Shown here: positions 56,781-64,000 of the stretch, piece after piece
Layout of the letters: the number at the start of each line of letters is the position of its first letter
Position numbering within the stretch: the first letter of the stretch is position 1
Assembly: GCA_038231135.1 (NCBI GenBank)
Contig: JBBRLX010000001.1
Coordinates: 1-64,000 of the forward strand
Direction: 5' to 3'
DNA: 64,000 bases
Source: Candidatus Eiseniibacteriota bacterium
GTDB lineage: Bacteria > Eisenbacteria > RBG-16-71-46
Made by a program: the position numbers and the translations under genes
The notes under the pieces: model-generated
Database searches by the model: none
Told to the model about the DNA's origin: nothing
The model's input: only the letters and a program-made list of their open reading frames with translations

Positions 56781-57692
56781 TCACCTCAAGATCTGCGCCC
56801 CACCCGTATCGACGCCAGCGGAATCGCCCGCAGGCGTAGTCTCCGCTTCACCTGCTGCCGCCGGCGGAGCACCGTTGCCTCCGCCCGACGTATCCGCCGC
56901 CTTGGGCTTACCGCCGCCGAAGAGCCAGCCCAAGAACGACCCGTGCGGCGCCGCCGGTGCCGCGCGCCCGATCACCACCGCGTACTGATCCTGCGTCAGA
57001 TATCCGCGCCGCAGCATGCGCCCCGCGATCATTCGCACGCGCCGCTCGATGCGCCGCGGCGGATGGAGCACGGAGAACCGGCGGGGGTTGATGATCACCG
57101 CCGCGAGCAGCACCGCCTGGCGTTCGTTGAGATGGCTCGCGGACACGCCATAGTAGTGTCGCGCGGCGGCCTCGGCGCCGAACACGCCGTCGCCCCATTC
57201 GATCAGGTTCAGGTACAGCTCGAAGATCCGGTGCTTGGACAGGGCGCGCTCGAGCCGCATGGCGAGGAACGCCTCCTCGAGCTTGCGCGTGATCGTGCGC
57301 GAATCGCCGAGGAACACGTTCTTCGCGAGCTGCTGGGTGATCGTGCTGCCGCCGCGCACCACTTTGCCGCGCTCGAGGTTGGTCTTCGCGGATGCCTTGA
57401 TCTCGTCCCAGTCGAGGCCGTCGTGGCTGTAGAACTTGTCGTCCTCGGCGATCAGGATCGCGCGCCGCAGCTCGGGCGACACGGCAGAGTAGGGCACCCA
57501 GCGCTGGTCGATGCGCAGCGTTGCGCCCTTCGACCGGGCCTCGCGCTCGCGCTGGCGCATCATCGCGGTGGTCTTCGGCGCGGAATTCGCGAGCGCGTCC
57601 ACCGGGAACGTGCGCACGCGCACGGCGGAGATTGCGGCGAGCAGCAGCACCACGGCCGCGATCACCAGCAGTGCCACGCGCAGTCGCTTCAT
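56781..57692 (-). CDS. mtgA: Monofunctional peptidoglycan transglycosylase
   Basis: IAEDDKFYSHDGLDW, RGGSTITQQLAKNVFL, RKLEEA, LYLNLIEWGDGVFG. Confidence 0.94.
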   Translation of the reverse strand: MKRLRVALLVIAAVVLLLAAISAVRVRTFPVDALANSAPKTTAMMRQREREARSKGATLRIDQRWVPYSAVSPELRRAILIAEDDKFYSHDGLDWDEIKASAKTNLERGKVVRGGSTITQQLAKNVFLGDSRTITRKLEEAFLAMRLERALSKHRIFELYLNLIEWGDGVFGAEAAARHYYGVSASHLNERQAVLLAAVIINPRRFSVLHPPRRIERRVRMIAGRMLRRGYLTQDQYAVVIGRAAPAAPHGSFLGWLFGGGKPKAADTSGGGNGAPPAAAGEAETTPAGDSAGVDTGGAQILR

Positions 57693-59005
57693 GCCCCGCC
57701 GTGCTCGGCCACCACCACCACGGTCATGTCGTCGCTCTGGACCGCGCGGCCGCGGAATTTCTCGACGTCGGCGAACAGTCCGTCGATCACCGGCAGCGGC
57801 AGCGACGCCGCGTGCCGGCTCCAGAACGCCTTGAGCCGGTCCTCGCCGTACTCCTCGTTGCGCCGGTCCAGCGCCTCCGAGATGCCGTCGCTGTAGAGCA
57901 ACAGCGCGTCGCCGGCGCCGAACGACTCCTCGCCCGTCGGATACGCGGAGTCGTCGATGATCCCGAGTGGCAGCCCGCCCACGGTCAGCTCGACGAGCGA
58001 CCCGTCGCGCCGCTTGAGCAGGGGATAGTTGTGGCCGGCGTTCGAATAGAACAGCCGGCCGCGCACGAGGTCGATCTCGGCGTAGAAGAACGTGATGAAC
58101 TTGCCGCTCGAAGCGCTTCGCAACACGCTGTGGTTGATGCTCTTCACGGCGTCGGCGATGGGATTGCGGCCGTCGCAGAACGCGCGCAGCGATGCCAGCA
58201 CGCTCGACATCAGCAGCGCCGCCGGCGTGCCCTTGCCCGACACGTCGGCGATCGCCACACCGATGCGGCCGGGGCCAAGCAGGAAGTAGTCGAACGCGTC
58301 GCCGCCGACCTCGCGGGCAGGAACGATGCGCCCCATCGCCTCCCACGCGCCCTCGCGCAGCGGCCTGGCCGGCACCAGCGACATCTGGATGTCGCGCGCC
58401 TGGTTCAGCTCACGCTGCATCGTCTCGGCCTCCTCAGCCAGCCGGCGGCGCTCGTGCGCCTCGACGCGCAGCCGGGCCTGCTCGATCACGCCCGCGGAAC
58501 TGCTCGCCACGATCGTGAGCAACTGGAGATCCTGAGGCGTCCAGTCGTGGCCGGGCTGGGCGAACGTCACCGCTAGCATGCCGGTGAACCGGTTCTCGAC
58601 CTTGAGCGGCACCGCGAGCACTGCGCGGATGCGGGTGTCGGCGCCCTTGAGCGCCACGAACCGCGGGTCGGCGGTCAGGTCGGGGGTGGCGAGCGGCTCG
58701 TTCTTCGCCATCAGGAACCCCATCACGTTCGTGGCGATCGCCGGCGGCCACGAGCCCGAGGACTTGCCGGGGTCACGCTGCGCCACCAGCGTCTTCACGG
58801 TGGGCTCGGTGAGCTCGGGCCCCAGCAGCTTGATGCTGCCCTCGTCGGCACCGAACATCGCCGTCGTCTTCTGCACCATCCAGTCGAGGATCGGCTGCAG
58901 CTCGGTGTGCGACGCGACGACCGTGCTGAGCTCGGTGAGGAACTGGAGCTCCGCCATCAGGCGCTGCACGTCGGGCGTGGCGGCGGTCTGCGGGTTCGTG
59001 GTCAC
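57689..59005 (-). CDS. GAF-domain SpoIIE/RsbU-family PP2C phosphatase
   Basis: GAF (DPRF, LAVPL) plus VGGDAFD, IADVSGKG, NAGH, YSDGISE, QSDDMT; GTG start inferred. Confidence 0.92.
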   Translation of the reverse strand: MTTNPQTAATPDVQRLMAELQFLTELSTVVASHTELQPILDWMVQKTTAMFGADEGSIKLLGPELTEPTVKTLVAQRDPGKSSGSWPPAIATNVMGFLMAKNEPLATPDLTADPRFVALKGADTRIRAVLAVPLKVENRFTGMLAVTFAQPGHDWTPQDLQLLTIVASSSAGVIEQARLRVEAHERRRLAEEAETMQRELNQARDIQMSLVPARPLREGAWEAMGRIVPAREVGGDAFDYFLLGPGRIGVAIADVSGKGTPAALLMSSVLASLRAFCDGRNPIADAVKSINHSVLRSASSGKFITFFYAEIDLVRGRLFYSNAGHNYPLLKRRDGSLVELTVGGLPLGIIDDSAYPTGEESFGAGDALLLYSDGISEALDRRNEEYGEDRLKAFWSRHAASLPLPVIDGLFADVEKFRGRAVQSDDMTVVVVAEHGGA

Positions 59006-59211
59006 GGGCAGGTCCTTGGCACGAGGGCACGGGTTCGCGGCCTGATGGCGGCGTGGTGGGGAGTCTAGGGCCGCCGTTTGGCCCCCACAAGGACCGGCCG
59101 CGGGCGGGGTGCCGAGCCGCGGAAACACCGCGGCAAAGTTGCTGTCACGGCGGGCGCTGCCTATACTGCCGCGTTCGCCTGCGCGTTCCGCTCCTGGCTC
59201 AGAGATCCGCC

Positions 59212-60012
59212 ATGACGACCTCCACGATGCCGACCTACCAGAATCTGCTGATCGAGCGCGCCGGCGCCGTCACGGTGCTGCGCATCAACCGGCCGGACGT
59301 CCTGAACGCGCTCAACCGCGCGACGCTGACCGAGATCGAGGCCGCAGCGCGCGCGTTCGTCGCCGACGATGCCCAGGCGGCGCTGATCGTCACGGGCGCC
59401 GGCGACAAGAGCTTCATCTCGGGCGCCGACATCAACGAGCTCGCGGTGCTCGGCCCCGCGGCGGCCGAGGACATCTCGCGGTTCGGCCAGCGGGTGCTCG
59501 AGGTGCTCGAGCGCTCGCCCAAGCCGGTGATCGCCGCGGTGAATGGCTACGCGTTCGGCGGCGGCTGCGAACTGGCGCTGGCGTGTCACATGCGGCTCGC
59601 CAGCGAGAACGCGGTGCTCGGGCTGCCCGAGGTGAGCCTGGGCATCATCCCGGGCTACGGCGGCACGCAGCGGCTGCCGCGGCTGATTGGCGCCGGGCGC
59701 GCGCTCGAGCTGATGCTGTCGGGTGGCAGGGTCAAGGCCGACGAGGCGGTGCGCATCGGCCTCGTGAACCGCGTGGTGCCGCGCGAACAGTTGATGGACG
59801 AGGCGATGAAGCTGGCGCAGGCGATCGTCAAGAACGGCCCGCTCGCGGTGTCGGCGGTGCTCGAGGCGGTGCATCGCGGGCTCCAGCTGCCGCTCGATCA
59901 GGGCCTGCGGCTCGAGAGCGGCCTGTTCGGCATCCTCGCCGCGAGCGAGGACATGCACGAAGGCCTGAACGCGTTCCTCGAGAAGCGGCCCGCACGGTTC
60001 CAGCGCCGATGA
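59212..60012 (+). CDS. Enoyl-CoA hydratase (crotonase family)
   Basis: INRPDVLNAL, FISGADI, AFGGGCELA, PEVSLGIIPGYGGTQRL. Confidence 0.94.
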   Translation: MTTSTMPTYQNLLIERAGAVTVLRINRPDVLNALNRATLTEIEAAARAFVADDAQAALIVTGAGDKSFISGADINELAVLGPAAAEDISRFGQRVLEVLERSPKPVIAAVNGYAFGGGCELALACHMRLASENAVLGLPEVSLGIIPGYGGTQRLPRLIGAGRALELMLSGGRVKADEAVRIGLVNRVVPREQLMDEAMKLAQAIVKNGPLAVSAVLEAVHRGLQLPLDQGLRLESGLFGILAASEDMHEGLNAFLEKRPARFQRR

Positions 60013-60476
60013 ACCTCATGCCTCCGGTGACCGTGAACGGTGGCGTGGTGAACGATCTCATCGCCATGCTGGTCTCGACGGTGCTCGGCACCATGGTGGG
60101 GTGGGAGCGCCAGCTCGGGCGCAAGCCGGCCGGGCTGCGCACGCACACGCTGGTGTGCCTCGGTTCCACGATGTTCGTGCTGGTGACGAAGCACGCGGTC
60201 GCCGACATCGGCGGCCCCAGCACGGATCCCACGCGCATCATCCATGGCGTGATCACCGGCGTGGGCTTCCTCGGCGCCGGCAGCATCATGCGCACCGAGG
60301 GCTACGTGCACGGGCTCACCACCGCGGCCAGCGTGTGGATGGTGGCCGCGATCGGCGTCGCGGTCGGCGTGCACTCCTACTGGCTGGCGCTGATGGGCAC
60401 GGTGCTCGCACTGATCGTGCTCGAATTCTTCCGCTGGGTCGAGCGCTTCATGTCGCCGCAGGACACCGACGGCTGA
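60009..60476 (+). CDS. MgtC/SapB family membrane protein
   Basis: GWERQ..KPAGLRTHTLV, DPTRI, GVGFLGAG, GLTTAASVW. Confidence 0.93.
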   Translation: MNLMPPVTVNGGVVNDLIAMLVSTVLGTMVGWERQLGRKPAGLRTHTLVCLGSTMFVLVTKHAVADIGGPSTDPTRIIHGVITGVGFLGAGSIMRTEGYVHGLTTAASVWMVAAIGVAVGVHSYWLALMGTVLALIVLEFFRWVERFMSPQDTDG

Positions 60477-60569
60477 TTCGGACGCCGGGCGCGGGCTGCC
60501 TTCTGCGACCCGCGGGATCCCGCAGACCCCATCGATGAACCACGCGACCCCGGGCGGGACCGCGACCCG

Positions 60570-62384
60570 TCACCGCAGCCGCACCACCCGCTGGAACCGC
60601 ACGCCCCACAGCGTCACAAGCCGCGCGAAGTAGACGCCGGCCGGCGCCGGCGCGGCCGATGCGAGCTGACCGCTCCACAGCACGCGATGCTCGCCCGCGG
60701 TGAACGTGCCGTCCTGAGCCCGCCACACGCTGCGCCCCGCAAGGTCGAGTATGTCGAGCCGCGCGCGCCCCGCCTGGGGCAGCGTGAACCGCAGCGTCAC
60801 CGGACCGGTCGCGGGCACCGGCCACGGCCGGGCGAAGCTCAGCGCCGCCGCGGCGCCTGCGGGGACGCCGGTGTCCTGCACGATGTGGAACGCGGAGTCG
60901 CTGACGGCGACCGCGGTGTTGAGGCCGGGATCGTACGCGGTGACGCGCACGAACGCGCTGTCGCACGAGACGTTCGGCGCCGACCACGTGTAGAGGCCGG
61001 AGTTCGGGACGCCCGCGATCCGGATCCAGGGGCCGCCGCTGCCGTGCAGCGAATATTCGATCCGGAGCGAATCGACGTTCAGGTTGTCGTCGGCGCTCCA
61101 CATCACATCCTGGTCGCTGGCGCCGTACCAGGACTCGCCACCGACCGGCGCGATCAGGCTCACGATCGGCGGCGACTGGTCGGCGATCGTGAAGCGGCCG
61201 CTGATGCCGCTGCCGACGTTCCCCGCCGCGTCGCGGCCGGTCACACGTACGCGTGCCTGGGCGCTCACGAGGTGCGGGAGGTTCCACGCCCTGGAGCCGC
61301 TGTTCGCGATGTTCGTGGCGATCGCGGTCCAGTGCGCGCCGTCGTCGAGCGAGTAGTGGACGTCGACGCTCGTCACCGCCAGGTTGTCGATCGCGGTCCA
61401 GGTGATCGTGTGCGCGCTGCCGGCGGCCCACGTCACGCCGCCCGCGGGCGAGGTGACGGTCACGGTCGGCGGGCTGGTGTCGGCCAACGGCCGGCGCGTC
61501 ACCCATTGCGTTCCGTTCAGGAACAGCACGCTATCCTTGCCCCCGGCTTCCGCCCAGCCGTTTTGCACGTTGGAGCCGTCCGATGCGCTCCCGTCGTCGG
61601 CGGGCGAGCTGTCGGTAACGAAGAACACCCGTCCGATGCCGTACATGGCCTGTGCCGCCATGACCGCGCCGTTGCCCTGCGGCGTGGCGCTGCGCCAGAC
61701 GTTGCCGCGCACGCTGGGGTTGATCGCGGGGTAGAGCGTCATCGAGGTGCCGTTGTGGAATGCGAGCGCGTCCACCACGCCATTGGGCCCGTGGATGATC
61801 GAATCGTCGGGCGCCGTGTCCACGTTCAGCGACGTCTCGCTGAAGTTGCCGGCCGCCGAGACGTCGAACGACACGCCGAACAGGTGCTGGGTGTCGAGCG
61901 CGTTCAGGGCGCGGGGTGAGTCGACGCCGTCCGGGGGGTTGTTGCGGTCCGAACCGATGTGGTCCGAGATCGCCACCAGGCCGCCGCCGTTCCGGACGAA
62001 ATTGAAGATCGCCGTGGACTCGGCCACCGTGAACGAGGTGTTGGGCTCGTTCTCGATGAACACGTCGTAGTTCGACAGATCGTAGGGATTGAGGGCATTG
62101 CCGTACGTGATGCCGTAGACGGTGGTGAGCGTCACCACCGTGTACCCGCGCTTGACGAGCTGCACACCCCACGCGGAATTCGCGCCGCTCCAGTAGGTCT
62201 CGGGCGTGCTCCAGGTGATGCCGCTCTGCGGCGGCGACGGCACCGGCTGGTCGTTGTCGATGATCCAGTTCGCGTTGCCGGCGGTCTGCGAGTGGGTGTT
62301 GTCGAACAGCGCCCGGGGCGGCGCGGCAGCGGCCGGGGCGGCCACCAGCAGGAGCAGCAGGGCGAAGCCGTGAAGCAGGCGCAT
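60570..62384 (-). CDS. Secreted protein: class-I glutamine-amidotransferase-like domain, two Ig-like repeats, FlgD-Ig-like C-terminus
   Basis: LFDNTHSQTAGNANW, FVRNGGGL..ISDH, GRVF..DSS; two PxGGxxW..ITW repeats; LDLAGR..W.G..AGVYF. Confidence 0.75.
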   Translation of the reverse strand: MRLLHGFALLLLLVAAPAAAAPPRALFDNTHSQTAGNANWIIDNDQPVPSPPQSGITWSTPETYWSGANSAWGVQLVKRGYTVVTLTTVYGITYGNALNPYDLSNYDVFIENEPNTSFTVAESTAIFNFVRNGGGLVAISDHIGSDRNNPPDGVDSPRALNALDTQHLFGVSFDVSAAGNFSETSLNVDTAPDDSIIHGPNGVVDALAFHNGTSMTLYPAINPSVRGNVWRSATPQGNGAVMAAQAMYGIGRVFFVTDSSPADDGSASDGSNVQNGWAEAGGKDSVLFLNGTQWVTRRPLADTSPPTVTVTSPAGGVTWAAGSAHTITWTAIDNLAVTSVDVHYSLDDGAHWTAIATNIANSGSRAWNLPHLVSAQARVRVTGRDAAGNVGSGISGRFTIADQSPPIVSLIAPVGGESWYGASDQDVMWSADDNLNVDSLRIEYSLHGSGGPWIRIAGVPNSGLYTWSAPNVSCDSAFVRVTAYDPGLNTAVAVSDSAFHIVQDTGVPAGAAAALSFARPWPVPATGPVTLRFTLPQAGRARLDILDLAGRSVWRAQDGTFTAGEHRVLWSGQLASAAPAPAGVYFARLVTLWGVRFQRVVRLR

Positions 62385-62630
62385 GGCAGGTCCAGGGCTG
62401 GGTGTCGGGCGAGGGGGCGACTTGGCCCGGGGCAGGGCCGTTGAACCCATGAGTCTAGCACACGCCTCACGGCGTCCCCGGGGTTTCGGGGGCCGCCTCG
62501 ATGGGCTGGACCCGCCGGTTCCGCCGCCGTTAACCCGCGTGGGATTCAATGAACGCCGGCGCCGCGGATCGGCGTTTCAGCTCCGGCGGGGATGTGATCC
62601 CGGGCCGGTTTCCACCCGAGGGAGGCAGCC

Positions 62631-62693
62631 ATGGGCAGCGCGAACGCCGGTCACGGATGTCAGGATCGCGACGCGCACGTGGCGGTCAGCTGA
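62631..62693 (+). CDS. Possible 20-aa leader ORF (MGSANAGHGCQDRDAHVAVS)
   Basis: GGGAGG RBS; its TGA overlaps the next ATG (TGATG). Confidence 0.35.
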   Translation: MGSANAGHGCQDRDAHVAVS

Positions 62694-62908
62694 TGCCGGC
62701 GCCGCTGGTCCTGGTGAATCCCGGAGAACCGCACACCGCGATCGCGAACGCGCTGCGGCTGGCCGCGGAAGGCAATCACGTGATCGAGTTCCGCTGCACG
62801 AACTGCATGGGAGTGATCGGGAGTCTCAGCGACGAGATCGCGTCCCTCGAGACCGGGATCCGCACCCAGCTGTGGGCCGCAATCGACCGTCACCGCTGCC
62901 CCCGGTGA
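62693..62908 (+). CDS. Small hypothetical protein, possible Zn site
   Basis: 71 aa with CTNC and terminal HRC; host-like codon use. Confidence 0.55.
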   Translation: MPAPLVLVNPGEPHTAIANALRLAAEGNHVIEFRCTNCMGVIGSLSDEIASLETGIRTQLWAAIDRHRCPR

Positions 62909-62948
62909 GCCTGAGGTCGGCCCCGCCGGGCGCGGGCCCGCGCCCGCG

Positions 62949-64000
62949 CTAGACGCCGGCCCCGGACTTCGTCGCGCCTTCCAGCTCCTCCAGCACCAGT
63001 GCGCCGATCTGCCCGGTGCTGAGCCCCGAATCGGTCCCGAGCGACGGCAGCCGCCGGGACGACACCAGGCGCGCGACGGCGTCCTCGACGCGCTTCGCGG
63101 CCGCGGCTTCGCCGAGCCAGTCCAGCATCATCTGCACGGCCATGATCGCGGCGATCGGATTCGCGACGCCCTTGCCCGCGTACTTGGGGGCCGAGCCGTG
63201 GATCGGCTCGAACAACGACACCTGTCCCGGGTGGATGTTTCCCGACGCCGCAATGCCTAGCCCGCCCTGGATCATCGCCGCCAGGTCGGTGAAGATGTCG
63301 CCGAACATGTTGCTGGTGACCGCGGTGTCGTACTGCGCGGGATCGCGCACCACGTACATGCACGCGGCGTCGATGTACTGGTGGTCGCGCGTGATGTCCG
63401 GATATTCGGCGCCGACCTCGGCGAACGTGCGGGTCCACAGGTCCATCGCTCGCACGGCGTTCGCCTTGTCGATCAGCGTGAGCTTGTTCGCCTTGTTCCG
63501 GCGGCGCGCGAGTTCGAACGCGTAGCGGATCACGCGCTCCACGCCCTTGCGCGTGAAGATGATCTCCTGGGTCGCGACCTCGTCGGGCGTGCCCTTCTTG
63601 AAGAATCCGCGCATGCCCGCGTAGGCGTCCTCGGTGTTCTCGCGCACCACCACGAAGTCGACGTCCTTGGGGCCGGTGTCCTTGAGCGGGCACAGGTGCT
63701 CGGCGTAGAGCTTCACCGGCCGCAGGTTCACGAACAGGTCGAGCTCGAACCGCAGTTTCGCGATGATCCCGAACTCGAGCAGCCCCACCTCGATCCGGGG
63801 ATCGCCGATCGCCCCCAATAGAATGGCGTCGTGCTGCTTCACTTCCAGGAACGCCGGATCGGGGAAGATCTCCTTCGTGCGCAGGTAGTGCTCGGCGCCG
63901 AACGGATAGGGGGTGGTCGTGACGCGGAAGCCTTCGACCGCGGCCACGCGCTCGAGCACGCGCAACGCTTCGCGGACGACTTCTGGGCCGATCCCGTCCC
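62949..64000 (-). CDS. Isopropylmalate/isocitrate/tartrate dehydrogenase family (LeuB-like), 5' end outside window
   Basis: DGIGPEVV at the edge, NLRP, VRENTE, DKAN, NMFGDI, FEPIHGSAP, ANPIAAI. Confidence 0.92.
   Translation of the reverse strand, partial: DGIGPEVVREALRVLERVAAVEGFRVTTTPYPFGAEHYLRTKEIFPDPAFLEVKQHDAILLGAIGDPRIEVGLLEFGIIAKLRFELDLFVNLRPVKLYAEHLCPLKDTGPKDVDFVVVRENTEDAYAGMRGFFKKGTPDEVATQEIIFTRKGVERVIRYAFELARRRNKANKLTLIDKANAVRAMDLWTRTFAEVGAEYPDITRDHQYIDAACMYVVRDPAQYDTAVTSNMFGDIFTDLAAMIQGGLGIAASGNIHPGQVSLFEPIHGSAPKYAGKGVANPIAAIMAVQMMLDWLGEAAAAKRVEDAVARLVSSRRLPSLGTDSGLSTGQIGALVLEELEGATKSGAGV

Overview
GC-rich bacterial window. The gene mix and six secreted proteins with a FlgD-Ig/T9SS-like C-terminal domain suggest an FCB-adjacent lineage such as Ca. 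Eisenbacteria (inference only). It opens with the left end of an ISL3 element, then housekeeping genes (OmpA-family, sppA, cytochrome c, EF-G paralogue, yebC-ruvCAB-queA, carboxyltransferase, M16 pair, msrB, yqeY, mtgA, crotonase, mgtC, leuB-like) interleaved with accessory blocks. Three highlights. (1) 12.6-15.7 kb: a lasso-type RiPP operon (RRE, B2 protease, 39-aa precursor, HPr-like kinase, nucleotidyltransferase) behind a sigma54-like promoter, with no cyclase or exporter in the window and an atypical 13-aa Arg-initiated, two-Cys predicted core. (2) 36.7-41.8 kb: an apparent operon of Ser/Thr kinase, a 69-aa peptide with two identical 15-mers differing only at synonymous sites, a papain-like protease, a partner protein and an ATP-grasp ligase, a candidate undescribed peptide-modification system. 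(3) 54.1-56.75 kb: a partly lower-GC islet bounded by a tRNA-Lys 3' fragment and a 43-bp direct repeat whose four mismatches are all A/G. All family calls come from motif recognition by eye; no searches were run.
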